Positions 1-13,295 of a DNA stretch of 64,000 nt are shown in pieces; position 1 is the stretch's first letter; the number at the start of each line of letters is the position of its first letter. This DNA comes from Octopus sinensis (taxonomy: Eukaryota). Both the position numbers and the translations under genes were made by a program. The stretch is from the NCBI RefSeq assembly GCF_006345805.1, contig NC_042998.1, positions 62,372,001 through 62,436,000 of the forward strand, read 5' to 3'. A model generated the notes under the pieces. The model worked only from the letters and a program-made list of their open reading frames with translations. It was not told the origin of the DNA and did not search any database.

Positions 1-1094
1 TAGTAATATTCATTTCAACTTGACTAGGATTCTTCAGGCTGGTGAAGATTTGATATGGTGGGTTTGGTTTGGAGGGTTTTTTTGGGTTTTCCGTGTGTGG
101 TGTGGCAACATCTCTTATGGGCTTAGGGGCTGTTTCCACTCTCTTTAGCTTTTATTTTTTAATGTATGCGGTGTTGACATACGTGTTTGTGCGTATATGT
201 TTTTTGGAGCCGAGATTTCAAACACGGTTTCAACTATTACAGGGGAGATAATCATTTCATTTTTTTCATAAAAAAACTAGGTAATTCTTATGTTAATGGT
301 ATTTAGCTATAATAATAATAATTTTGTTTATCATAGGAACAATATTGAAAGGGACATTTCCCTCATCTTTTCACCTCTCATCACTACTTTTACGTCCATC
401 CTCTCCAACCCCGAACTGATAATAAGCTGTCCTTTCCCTCAAGAATATTGGTCCTTTGGGGGTCTTCTTCCTGGTCATGCCTTTCCTGTAATCCGAAATA
501 CACCAATCCCCCCACTGTGGAGGACTGTCCAGGTTGCCAGCTTGCCCGATGGCAAGTGAGCCTCTGCGCCATTAGAATCCAGATATGAGGGCCCATGTTA
601 GTATTTAAGGGGCCCATCCCCTCGAGTCTGAGAATTTTTTATTAACTCCTGGAAGAATGCATTAATTATTTCAGCCTGGTGTGTTTGTAGACAATTGAAA
701 AGAATAGTTTAAAAAAAATTTAATTAAATAATAGCATTGTAGTTGCGGGTGGGCCTCCTTAGTCTCCTGGCAACCAATACTTTTAGATCCAGGCCGCTAC
801 TGCCCTCGATTATCACGGGTGTTACGCGCCAAAACCCCGCGCCATAGGTGAAAATCCGCCAAGTAGAAACAATATTATACTGTATAACTTTTTAAAAATT
901 ATTTTTATAACTTGTATATATTTATTTTATTATAAATGCAAAACAACACCACAGAGGAATCGACGTAAGCTAAATTAATAAACCGCGATAGGTGAACCGC
1001 GATATGGCGAGTGATTACTGTACTCCTAAAGAAATCATGAACGGAAGCAATCACAGCAGTCAAGGAGTGTCTGCGAAGGTTATGGGCTCGGCCT

Positions 1095-1460
1095 CTTCTT
1101 TCAGCCTCAGCAAGAAAGGAAATTACGTCTTTTATCTTTTACTTGTGGCCATGCTGGAGCAAGTCGAATGTACTTTTTTTAAGGCCTGGTACTTTATCAG
1201 TCCATTTGGCCGAACTGCTTGACAACCGGTGCTGACGTAAACTCATCAAAACCGGTTATCAAGTGGTGGTGGGGCACACACACATATTTATATATACAAC
1301 GGGCTTCTTTCAGTTTCCGTCTACCAAATCCACCCAGAAGGATTTGGTCGGCCTGGGGCTATAATAGAAGAGACTTGCCCAAGGTTCCATACAGTGGGAC
1401 TGAACCCGGAAGCATGTGGTTGGGAAGCAAACCTCTTACCACACAACCACACCCGCCCTA
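1095..1460 (-). mobile_element. tRNA-headed SINE, family B
   Basis: Reverse complement has a tRNA-like head (GGCGGGTGTGGTTGTGTGGTAAGAGG...GGTTCAGTCCCACTG), then the conserved block GGATTTGGTAGACGGAAACTGAAAGAAGCCCG shared with many copies in the window. Confidence 0.8.
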
Positions 1461-1999
1461 GACAAGTATTTTCGTGTCCCAGTAACACGATGAAACGCTG
1501 GTGGTACAATACGAAACTCGAACCTATCAGTTAACACGTCTGTCCTTTAGTGATTAACTCAGCTGCACAAGGAATATAGTAAAAATGTGAGCTATTTAAT
1601 TAGCCTTCGAGCTAATTAAATAAAACATACTATATTTTAGAAGATATTTAATTAATTATTTTTTCTATCAATTCATATTAATGCATTTTCTGGTGAGATG
1701 TCATAATTTGCCAGAAAATTTGTCATTTTTATAGAAGAAGAGAAGAGAGAAACATTAATTATTTGCTGCTGATGGTGTAATCTCTTATTCACTTTCATTA
1801 ATCTTTTCGTGAGTTTACTAGCTAAGTTCTGGTGGTACATTAGTAGAGTCGTTAGAGCATCGGATAAAGCATCTAGTGCTTTTTATTATAGCTCTCTCAA
1901 CTCTGAGTTCAAATACTATTATCTTTACTTTTCTTTTTATATTTTCAGGGACGATATATAAAGCTGCAGTCGAAGGATATGAATTGACGGAATTGTTAG

Positions 2000-2338
2000 G
2001 CGCACAGCTTAGTGGCCAGGGTTTTCGGCTCGCGATCGTAAGATCATGAGTTCGATTCCCAGCGATGCGTTGTGTTCTTCAGTAAAACAGTTTATTTTGT
2101 GCTGTTCCAGGTCACTTAGCTGGCGAAAATTAGTACCTGTATTTCAAATGAGTACCCGTATTTCAAAGCGACAGCCTTGGCCCATTCTGTGTCAAGCTGA
2201 ATCTCCCTGAGAACTGCATTCATTAAGGCTGAGCGCGGCTGTGGAGTGCTCAGCCATTTGAACTTTACTTTTACGAGCAGGCCATTCCATTGATAGGATC
2301 AACTACAGCACTCGTCATCGCAACTGACGGAGTACCAA
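2000..2338 (+). mobile_element. Diverged tRNA-Arg-like SINE, family C (OR-like)
   Basis: Head GCGCACAGCTTAGTGG...GAGTTCGATTCCC and tail GTGGAGTGCTCAGCCA...ACTGACGGAGTACCA match the copies at 12203 and 28335. Confidence 0.7.
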
Positions 2339-3074
2339 TTATTAGAGCATCGGACACGATACATTACCGTACATATTTTAGCTCTCAAAGGTTTGTGTAT
2401 TGAGTTCAAAACCCACTTAGGTAAGTTTTGTTTTCTTTCCTTTACTCTTTCAGAGTTGATAAAGAAATTATCAGATCAGCGAGGGGAATTGGCCGAATTG
2501 TTAAAGTGCTTGACGTGATATCTTACTGTATGTATTTCAGTTGCCCGAGTTCGATATCTCCGAGTTAAAATCATGCGGATGTCAATTTTCGTTTTTATTT
2601 ATTCACGATCAATAAAGTACCAAACAAGGAAGGTAGATTAAAGGAAATGTTATCCTATAGGCCACGACGATTCGTGTCTGATCTGGCTCCTTGTTTTGTG
2701 TGTTCAAATCCTCCATATGCTAACCAAACGGTGGTTGGGGGCTGATATGTCCCAATGGAGAAATTGTCCGAACCCTCGTCGCCACTGATATGTTCCACGA
2801 TGGCGACGTATTTCGTCGTCTCTACGGGACTGGTCCGAACGGCGTACCTTCGCCGACCGACCCTACTGACTGGGTCAGTCCTCTATTTATTAGTGGTGGA
2901 CCACCCTACTTCTCGCTTGGGAGCGTCCGCCACAACAGGGAACAAACTCCGGCACACACACACACACACACACATTTATATATACGACGGGTTTCTTTCA
3001 GTTTTCGTCTCCCAAATCCACCCGCAAGGCTTTGGTCGACCCGAGGCTTTAATAGAAGACACTTGTCCAAGTGT

Positions 3075-3309
3075 CTTATTTCTTTACTGCCCACAAGGGG
3101 CTAAACACAGAGGGGAAAAATATGGACAAACAAACGGATTAAGTCGATTATATCGACCCCAATGCGTAAACGGTACTTATTTAATCGACCCCGAAAGGAT
3201 GAAAGGCAAAGTCGACCTCGGCGAATTTGAACTCAGAACGTAGCGGCAGACAAAATACCGCTAAGCATTTCGCCTGGCGTGCTAACAATTCTGCCAGCTC
3301 GCCGCCTTC
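3075..3309 (-). mobile_element. tRNA-headed SINE, family A
   Basis: Reverse complement of AAGGCGGCGAGCTGGCAGAA...GTTCTGAGTTCAAATT...GTCGACTTTGCCTTTCATCCTTTCGGGGTCGAT, the most abundant repeat in the window. Confidence 0.85.
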
Positions 3310-3721
3310 TTACCACACATCGACACCTGCACCTTGTCAAGTATATTCATATCCCAGTAACATGATGAAACGCGGCTGGTGGTGCGATACGAAACTCGAA
3401 CCTGTCTGTTAACGCGTCTGTCCTATAGTTGGAAACGCTTCCTTCGGAATTTCGCTAACGATAACCTTCCAATACCAGATAGATCGATGTGTTGATTGGA
3501 GTATTATCTAAGTCGCAAAAAAAGCGCTTAAAGTTGGTGCAGACCTAGTTATGGGGCTATAAAGTTCACTGCATAATTCAGATATAAAACGTCATAGTGA
3601 CGGTATTAGGATGTAAGACGTCGTAGCAGTAGTCTTAAGATGTAAGACGTTTTAGTGATGATATTAATATATAATATATATGTACTTACATAAACAGTGC
3701 TACACTCACACCCAAACATGT

Positions 3722-3793
<72 letters not shown>

Positions 3794-4279
3794 ATATATA
3801 TGATGAATGAGCAAAAAAAAGAACAAGAAAAACCCACAAGAAGGGCAAGTTGTCACAAAAGTGTTATTAATTTCACGCTTGAACAGAATAAGAAAAAGGG
3901 TCTTTGACGTTTCTGACATTAGGGTTCTTCATCAAACAAAAGAAACGAAGAAAGAGAGTGGAAAGGAGGGAAGAAAAAGATGAATAACTTTTAGGGACCA
4001 GTTGGGAATCCGGTTCTATAAGGAGTTAAGAAAAGAGAAAGAGGCAGGATGTTTTGGGCATATATAAAAGACTGTTTGTGTCAGGAGATGGGCATAGGGG
4101 AGGTCAGTGAGTGGCGAGGGACGTAGGTGGGTGGGTTGGGGTGAGTAGGGGAGAGGGATTGTGATAAGAGTAGGTGGGAGGCGTGGAAGGAGGAAAAATG
4201 AAGAGAAACAGCCAAGAAAATGGTATGTGTGCGTATATATGCATATACATCAGTGCATCATGGTGACATAAATGTAGAG

Positions 4280-4286
4280 TGTAAGA

Positions 4287-4336
<50 letters not shown>

Positions 4337-4380
4337 CCACACACACATACATACATATATATTTATATACGTATGTGTAG

Positions 4381-4413
<33 letters not shown>

Positions 4414-4550
4414 TGTATGTATGTATGTATGTATGTATGTATGTACGTACGTACGTATGTACGTATGTATGTATGTATGTATGTATGTATGTATGCATGT
4501 ATGTAGGTATGTATGCATATATGTATATATATATATCTATATATATATGT
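4280..4550. repeat. (TA)n/(TATG)n compound microsatellite
   Basis: Directly visible; explains the ORFs at 4104-4657. Confidence 0.95.
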
Positions 4551-4880
4551 TTGAAGTTGTTAATAACATATTGATTCGACTTTACACAACTTTAACTTTC
4601 GTAGGCTCCTTACATGAACCTAGCTCTTCAAGATTATGCCACAGAGTGAAAAGATGAAGAAAGCTCAAGATGGCTAAGAAATGTTCTCAAGAAAATACCG
4701 GTTCGGCAAAAAATACCGATAGAATAAGTACCAGGTTCAGCAAAAGAAAAAAAGAAGACTGGGGTCGATTTATTCGACTAAAATTTCTTCAAGACTATGC
4801 ACCAGCATGACCGCAGTCTAATGACTGAGACAAGTAAAAGATTAAGGATGAAGATACCGATATATCTATATTATATATAT

Positions 4881-4973
<93 letters not shown>

Positions 4974-4979
4974 GTAAAC

Positions 4980-5283
4980 TGGAACTCCCTCGGTTATGAC
5001 AACGAGTGTTTCAGTTGATGCCATCAATGGAACATCATGCTCGTGAAATTACGGTGCAAGTGGCTGAGCACTCCACAGACTCGTGTACCCTTAACATGGT
5101 TGGGAGGGAGGTTCTGCGTGACACAGAGTGTGACAAGGCTAGTCCTTTCAAACGCAGATACTCATTTTTGCCAGCTGGGTGGATTGGAGCAACGTGAAAT
5201 AAAGCGTCTTCCTCAGGGAATCGAACTCGCAACCCTACGATCGTGAACCGAATACCCAAACCACTAACCCGAGCGCCTTCACC
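4980..5283 (-). mobile_element. SINE family C variant with CORE-like centre
   Basis: Family C tail (GTGGCTGAGCACTCCACAGAC...GTGTGACAAGGCT) joined to a different central block (CCAGCTGGGTGGATTGGAGCAACGTGAAATAAAG) and a tRNA-like head. Confidence 0.65.
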
Positions 5284-5343
5284 ACGTATATACATAGATA
5301 CATAAATACACACATACATTCATATATATATATATATATTTAT

Positions 5344-7718
5344 AAAATAGTAAAAAGTGAAAAACTACAGAAGGCTTGTTTTAAAAGGTTAAAAAAATAT
5401 ATATTTGAGTCAATATGTCTGAAGAATGTTATAATTTTTTTCATACAATGAACATGTTTAGAAAGAATGACCGGTTCGCGTTCAGCTTTCCAAATTTCTT
5501 AAATCGTTATGTTTACGTGAGCGAATATCTAGATAATAAAGTGATTTCTGTAAGGGAGATAATCGCTTAAAATTATTTGCCTTTCTTTTGGATTGAGTTT
5601 CTCTGTATAAAGTATGTTGGAATGGTTAAGTTTGGGCTTGTATTTTTCAATGAAGATGTTTCCTTGTTAGTTAATTTGTGTTGTGTTCCGATAGCACATT
5701 GGTAGAATGGAAAGATTAAAAATTGTGGTAGTAGTTGCTTTGCGCATTTCTCAATGCGCCCACTAAATGGTATCATTCTGTATTCTGGGAATGCAATCTG
5801 TTGTCGATGCAGTGTGCATCTACGTCTGAGTGATAGTCCCGTGGATCCACGTAGTCTGGTGGAGCCAGCCCGAGCATTTATGACATAAATTATGTTTTTC
5901 AGAGGCACAAGTAAAATTAGATTTGATCTTGAATTTCTGTCCCTCTTGAAGAGGAATTCTGATCCTTTTAGCAGGTTTGGACATGTTGCACAGTTCGGTC
6001 TACCACAATTTTTAACTTTTGCATCCGTTAATTTCAGAAAACAATTTTGCCTTTGTGAAAATCTTTTTAAGTGATTTAGGTTGTTTGTAGCTTTTAATGA
6101 TTTGGTGTATGTTTAGAATTTCCTTTAATTTGGGGGTCCTTATGAAGTATTGGTAAATTCTGGGTGATGATGGTGAAGGCTTCTTTGTTTCTGGGGTTGT
6201 ATGTGGATATGTAAGTAGTATTTTTAGGGAAGGTGTGTTGTGTGTTGAACTTTTCTTAAAGTTTCTATGTTGATTTCTGTTGCACGTCTGATCCCATCCT
6301 CTATGAGTTGAGCTGGGTTGGGTAATGTCTGTCAATTAGGGTGTTTTTTGAGTTCTTGCAGTCTAAAGTTCCTGGTATTTTGTTCTGACATATTGTGCAT
6401 ATCCTTCTTGCAAGGTTGAAGGGGATTGTTTTGTTTTAGGTGTCTTGGGTGGCATGAATCAAAAGAAGGTATTGTTTGGCGTCTGTGGCTTTGTAAAAAA
6501 TGTCTGTTTCTATTTAAGGTTAATTTTAAATTAGTATATCCAAGAATGGGAGCTCCTTTTGTTGTATTCCATTGTGAACTGTATATTTGGGTTTATGCTG
6601 CAATAGGTTTTTAAATTTTAGGAGTTTATCTGTGTTTTCATTCAGAGTATAAAACAATCGTCCAGGAATCTTTCCAATTCTCTTTTAGTTGAGAGAGGAG
6701 TTTCCAAAGATTGATAAGATTCCTGGTAAATGATTATTTCCAGGTAGCCCATTGTTAAGTTCGCAATGGACTGGTGCTGCCCTTGTACCCATAGCAATTC
6801 CGGATTTTTGACGGTTAAAAATGTATTGTCAAACATGAAGTGTTATTATGTAGGATGAATTCAATTGATTTAGTAATGAATTCTTTACTGATCCTTTTTG
6901 GTATTTCTTCCGGAAATTGGGCAGCCAGGACCTTGTTGCTTCTAGTCCATAATTATGAGTATACTGGTATATAAGTTAACTACATCAAATGAAACCAAGA
7001 TTGTTTCTTCCTTGGCTTTTTTTGGAAGTGGTTTAACATATCTAAGTCATCTCTGATATGGCTATCGATATGTTTAAGGAAGGGTTTCAGGAGGATGTCC
7101 ATAATAGACTTAGTCTGTGTGTTTCACAGGTTGGGCCAGCTACAATGGGTCGTAGTTTTAGGTCCCCCGGGTTAGGTGTGTGTATGTATGTCTTTGGTGA
7201 TTTTTTAATGGTTTCATTATAATTTGGCTTTTATGAATTTTTGGCAGACCATAGAAGAGGCTAGATTTGCATTAAAGTTGTTAGAAAGTCAATCTCTTTG
7301 GTTGTTAGTTCCTTTTCATGGGTTTTAATTAGTGAAGATAGAGTTTTCATTATTTTTTATCGGAACACCAACACAAATTAGACTAAACAAGGAAACATTC
7401 TTCATTGAAAAATACAAGCCCAAACTTAACCATTCCAACATACTTATACAAAGAAACTCAATCCAAAAGAAAGGCAAATAAGTTTAAGCGATTATCTCCC
7501 TTACATCGGAAGAAATCACTTATTATCTAGATCTTCGCTCAACGTAAACATAATGATTTAAGAAATTTGAAAAGCTGAACGCGAAACCGGTCATTTCTTC
7601 TAAACTATGTCATTGTATGAAAAAAATTTATAACATTCTTCAGACATATTGACTCAAATATATATTTTTTAACCTTTTAAAACAAGCCTTCTGTAGTTTT
7701 TTCACTTTTTACTATTTT
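5344..7718 (-). mobile_element. Penelope-like element (RT + GIY-YIG), frameshifted, with inverted pseudo-LTRs
   Basis: Minus-strand peptides FYGLPKIHK, LRPIVAGP, LVSFDVVNLYTSI, GIAMGT, ANLTMGYLE, RFLDDCF (Penelope RT) and YKQPKSLK...IYVI...TGLSLRRRCTLHRQQI (GIY-YIG). 5344-5692 is the reverse complement of 7359-7718. Confidence 0.9.
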
Positions 7719-7759
7719 CTATATATTCAACCACGTGCTTTCACATACCAACTTTCTTA

Positions 7760-7797
<38 letters not shown>

Positions 7798-7827
7798 TAG
7801 ATAGATAGATAGATAGATACATATACA

Positions 7828-7893
<66 letters not shown>

Positions 7894-9791
7894 CATACAT
7901 ACATACATACATATATATATATATTAATAATCCTAAAAGTCTAGGGATGTCTGTGTGTAACCGAAATATCTCAGAAATAGTATCTTTTATCTTAATTGTT
8001 TTTTGCATATCTATTTTCATATTTACCGTCGGCAGTGCAGTACAAATTTTTGTGATATTTGCACCTCTATTTAAACAATTAAACACAATTTTTGTTTGTT
8101 AATTCTTGAAAAAAAAATACATAGCTTCCGTGACGTCAACACACATACACACATACAGAATGCACACACATATACTGAATGTCATGTCGTGTCAATCAAC
8201 GCAAACACACGTCCGCTATCTGTGACATATACACTACACACATAGTTTTCACGCCGTCTAAAAAAAAAAAAAGAACGTCGAGATTTTGACGTACGCAATA
8301 TTTTAATCATTTAGAAATATTTGAAACTGATTTACATTTCCACAATTCTCACCCAATTTTCCCCAAATTTTACGCACACATTGTTTGTGTCCCAAGGATG
8401 GCCATGCACTAAAGATTTTGCCCAGAGTTTCCGCGGAAATGGACCTAAATGGACATAGTTTTTTGTATGTAGGGTCTTCCATACTTTTTTAATCTTTTTA
8501 TAAAAGTGAAAAGATTTTGTCTATTTATTTATTTCGATTGCCCACTCACCACGATTATTAAATTGTCTAGGGACACTGTACGCGATGAATATCCAATACC
8601 AAACAATCTTAATCTCTATATTTAAACTGCATTAAATTTTGGCAAGCTTACCTTTACCTATTCGAAGTTACATGAAAGATGATATTCCCTTCCCTCTCTT
8701 CTATTTGTTGATACCTTTGTTTAGCTACCAATACATTGTTTCACTATAAGGATGTTTATTTACCCATCCATTATAATATTTTAACTGTTATCCATTGTTT
8801 CAAATACGTTTTAGCATTGTCATTCTAGCCTTTTTTAAACAATCGCGTATGATTCGTCCCAAAGAATCTAACGAAAGCTATACGTATCTTTGAGAAAGCT
8901 CTATACCGATTTAACTTTATGCAGCATTCACTGTTAGTTTATGCGCAGGCTATGTGGAAAGACAGAATAAAGGGCTTCTGTTAGCTTATCTCTCCAAAAA
9001 AATAGCTCCCTTAGCTGTTGAAAAAAATAAACTCGGAGAGGGGAAGTTTCAACGTCTTCCTTCAATTTCATTACACCATTTATGTGGCTGTTTCTGACAA
9101 GAAATTCCATTTTCAAGTATAACAACTATATTTTGCTGTGATAATCCGTATTCTACTCCCAAAACATTTCAGTAGCCCTACTTTGCATCGCTTGAAAACT
9201 TATATGTTCTGGGATCATTAAAGTGCAACGACCCCCACAATAACCAGCCTTCAATTTGATTTCACGTTCTTAGGTTAATCGGAAACATAGATTGCCGTGT
9301 TACTCATAAAAATCGCCAGTTCAATTATTTGGTGAAAAAAATACCACCAAAGTAACTTAAACTGTCAAGGTAGAAAATGCTAAAGTAATTTTATAAAAAA
9401 CATTTCAGCACCGGTTTCAATCATTGAGACTTTTTCAACTGTAAGTATGGGAAACAATTAAATTTTGGAAAAATTAAAAGAAAACCTTTTTAAAAGAACA
9501 TTTGCGCAGTGTTCAAATACAAGTGGCATTTTCCTTGTTTCTGCCTGTTTCTGTCTCTCTTGTTTACTCTTGTGGGTTCGAGGTCGTTGTGAATTCTTGG
9601 TAGGGAAGAAGAAGAAATGGGAAGAGGAGGAGAAGAAGAAGAAAGAGAAGGGAGAATAAGAAGGAATGTAGGTAGTTGATAGTGATGTATATATATATAT
9701 ATATATAATATGTATCAATGAAAACAGGACATAGATACTCATGTATATACAAATACACACACACACATATATATATATATATTATGTATAT

Positions 9792-9829
<38 letters not shown>

Positions 9830-9852
9830 ATGTATGTATATATATATGTATG

Positions 9853-9898
<46 letters not shown>

Positions 9899-10144
9899 CT
9901 CGTGGATATACAAATATGCATATATATATATATACACATATGTATATATAATTATAATTAGGGTTCAGCTAATTATAATTATATGGATAATTTTACCTAC
10001 AAAGTTATTTTAAAGTACCGATCTACTTGGTAAAATTGTTAATTAATTGATTAATTAATTTAATTAATAAATTTTACCCTTCTATTATCAACACACACAC
10101 ACACACACACACGCACACACACACACACACACATATATATATAA

Positions 10145-10510
10145 GTGGTGTCGCTGTGTGGTAAGAAGTTTGCTTCTCAACTACCTGGTTCCATGTTCAG
10201 TCTCACTGCGTCGTATATTAGGTAAGTGATTTCTATTGCAGTCTCGGGCCGACCAAAACCTTGTCAGTGGATTTGGTAGACAAAAGCTGAAAAAAAGATT
10301 GTCGTATATATGTGTGTGTGTGTGTGTGTGGTATTGTGTCTTTGTTCGTCCCTACCACCGCTTGACAACCGGAGTTGATATGTTAGCGTCACGGTCAAAG
10401 AATCTAATAGAATAAGTATCAGGTTTAAAAATAAGTAATGGAGTCGATTCGTTCGAGTAAAAAGGCTGTACCCCAGTATGGCCGCTGTCTGATGACTGAA
10501 GCAAAGAAAT
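10145..10510 (+). mobile_element. SINE family B (diverged)
   Basis: Head GTGGTGTCGCTGTGTGGTAAG...GTTCAGTCTCACTG, block GGATTTGGTAGAC, tail CCCCAGTATGGCCGCTGTCTGATGACTGAAGCAA. Confidence 0.75.
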
Positions 10511-10942
10511 GATACCCCCACCACATGGTCGCACACGCACATACACAAACATGCATACAGACATGCACACCCATACATACACGCATACACGTACACACAC
10601 ATATATGTCCGCTAATATCGGACACTGAGAACGAGTGCTCAACGCTGCATCAAACCCTGCGCGACTGATGACATCTGTTTCGGATTTGTGCCTTCTATGT
10701 TCAAATCCTACCGCCTGTTTCCGGAAAAAAAAACAACAACAAAAAAAACAAAAAAACAAACCGCAAGCAAATAAAATATGGAAAATAGAAAAGAAAAAAA
10801 TCCTGTTGAGGATTCAGGAAAATCGGTGATGGGATTGTCAGAAATCCTTAAGGAAATAATCAAATATTCCAGCTGCTTATGGAACACCGTTAAAACAGCT
10901 GGCAAGAGAAAGATAGATAGATATAGATAGATAGATAGATAG

Positions 10943-10994
<52 letters not shown>

Positions 10995-11607
10995 GGAGAG
11001 CACTCAAAGGGAATTTCGAAAAGTCTTGTGTACTCAGCGAACGAACATATATATATATATATACACACACACGTACACACAGGCACACGCACACACACAC
11101 ACACATACGTGTCGCTACACTTTTAGCCTCCTTTCGCATGTAATTTCTTGGTGGCTGTCTTTATTCTAATTATTTCTGTAGCCCGCAAAGAAATCAATAA
11201 AGCAAGGCAAGAATGAGAACAAGTAACAACAGCAACAACAACGACAATAACAACAGCAACGACGAAAACAAGAATAAGGACAGCGACGAGAAGAGCAGCA
11301 CGAAGATAAAAAGAAAAGAAAAGAAACAGAAAAAACGGGAAGAAAATAGGAAAAAGATAATGAATTTCAAAATGAAAATTGAAAAAGGAAAAAAAAATTG
11401 AATTAAAATAAAGTGATTCAGAAGAAGAAGAAGAAGAAGAAGAAGAAGAAAAGAAGAAGAAGAAGAAGCGAAGAAGAAGAAAGACCCGGAAAGGAATGAG
11501 AAGTAAAAAGGAGAAAAAAAACATGGAAAATAAAAATAAAAAGTATAGATAAAAAGAGGGAGATATACGAACGAAACTGAAAGTAGGAAAAAATGATGTG
11601 TGTGTGC

Positions 11608-11830
11608 GCGCATATATATCTATTATATAAAATCCGTTCTGTCTGTCTGTGTGTGTGTGTGTCTTCTAGGATCTCGGGCATCCTCCATCCGATTGCGCTC
11701 AAATTTGATATGTAGGTACCGACGGTATCAGGCGTGTATAAGTCTTGAAAAAATTACAAAAATCGATTCCAGGTGAGAATGCGATCGATAAAGCCGTGGG
11801 AACGTGCATTTGCACGCGCAAGTACATCAG
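11608..11830 (+). mobile_element. Possible non-autonomous Helitron-like 5' end
   Basis: TCTATTATATAAAA followed by (TCTG)n and CATCCGATTGCGCTCAAATTTG, the usual layout of Helitron/Helentron 5' termini. No 3' hairpin identified. Confidence 0.4.
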
Positions 11831-12010
11831 TTGTTGCGATCAATACTACGCGTATGCGAGAAAAATGCACGGTGTCTCAAATTTAGTTTAAATCAGTGTT
11901 TCTCAAAGGGGAGGCCCATGGGACGGTCGGACAAGTTGTTTTGAGAAAATTTGGTTTAAATGTTTGACAACTCAGCACCATACATTGGACGGAGGGGGGC
12001 CTTTTGCTCG

Positions 12011-12057
<47 letters not shown>

Positions 12058-12202
12058 ATATATATATATAATATATATATATATATTTAAATATATATAT
12101 ATATATATATATTATTTTATATATATGTTTGTATATGAGAGGAAATAAAAGGAACGAAAATGAGAGCAGGAAAACGTGATGTTTGAGTGTGTATGTATAA
12201 TG

Positions 12203-12565
12203 GTGGCACTCCGTCGGTTACGACGACGGGGGTTCGAGTTGATCCGATCAACGGAACAGCTTGCTAGTGAAATTAACGTGCATGTGGCTGAGCACTCCAC
12301 AGACACGTGTACTCCTTAACGCAGTTCTTGGGGGGAGATTCAGCGTGACACAGAGTGTGACAAGGCTGGCCCTTTGAAATACAGGTACAACAACAGAAAC
12401 AGGAAGAAAAAGTGAGAGAAAGTTGTGGTGAAAGAGTACAGCAGGGTTCGCACCACTCCTGCCGGAGCCGCGTGGAGCTTTAGATATTTTCAACCGGTCT
12501 GGGAATCGAAACGCGATCCTTCGTCCGCGAGTCCTTTGCCATAACCACTAGACCATTGCACTTCC
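12203..12565 (-). mobile_element. SINE family C, tail type 1
   Basis: tRNA-Arg-like head (reverse complement of GGGAATCGAAACGCGATCC...AACCACTAGACCATTGC) and tail ending AACCGACGGAGTGCCA. Confidence 0.85.
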
Positions 12566-12572
12566 ACGTGTA

Positions 12573-12623
<51 letters not shown>

Positions 12624-12634
12624 ATATATATATT

Positions 12635-12674
<40 letters not shown>

Positions 12675-12774
12675 CGCGTGTGTGTGTGTGTGTGCGCGTG
12701 TGTGTATGTATGTGTGTATATATATATGTATATATATATTGATATGTATTCTATATGTATTATATATGTATATC

Positions 12775-13083
12775 CGTGACCGTGACCGTGACCGACCAGA
12801 CTATCAGATGTTGCTACACATCGCTGGTCACAATGCGCTTTGCATTGTTTTAGCCCTCAAATGACGCCACCCGCTGTCTAAGCGAGTAGGCCAACAGAAG
12901 AAAGAGTGAGAAAAAGTTGTGGCGAAAGAGTACAGCAGGGACCGCCACCAACCCCTGCCGGAGCCTCGTGGAGTTTTAGGTGTTTTCGCTCAATAAACAC
13001 ACACAACGCCCGGTCTGGGAATCGAAACCGCGGTCCTACGACCGCACGTCCGCTGCCCTAACCACTGGGCCATTGTGCCTCCA
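12775..13083 (-). mobile_element. SINE family C, tail type 2 (RTE-like 3' end, (CGGTCA)n tail)
   Basis: Same head and body as 12203-12565, but the 3' part is TGTGACCAGCGATGTGTAGCAACATCTGATAGTCTGGTCGGTCACGGTCACGG. Confidence 0.85.
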
Positions 13084-13121
13084 CATATATGTATATATAT
13101 AGGTTTATACGTATCTATGTG

Positions 13122-13153
<32 letters not shown>

Positions 13154-13295
13154 TGTATGTATGTATGTATGTATGTATGCATGTATGTATGAATGTATGT
13201 ATGTATGAGAGAAAATAAAAGGAACGAAAATGACAGGCAGGTAAAAGATGATCATTATTAAAAGAGTGGCTAAGTGAAGGATGATTATGATGATT

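Noticed and set aside
1-620. Possible L1/Tx1 3' remnant
   Set aside because: Composition is suggestive, but no diagnostic peptide motif was found.
2755-3243. 162-aa ORF
   Set aside because: Runs through a CA repeat and SINE B and A fragments; chance open frame.
8925-9125. Overlapping open frames on both strands (AFTVSLCAGYVERQNK... on plus; 8934-9125 on minus)
   Set aside because: No donor before the stop and no recognisable homology; cannot be supported as an exon.
10795-10905. LRR-like peptide LEYLIISLRISDNPITDFPES on the minus strand
   Set aside because: An acceptor is present but there is no convincing donor, and the LRR resemblance is weak.
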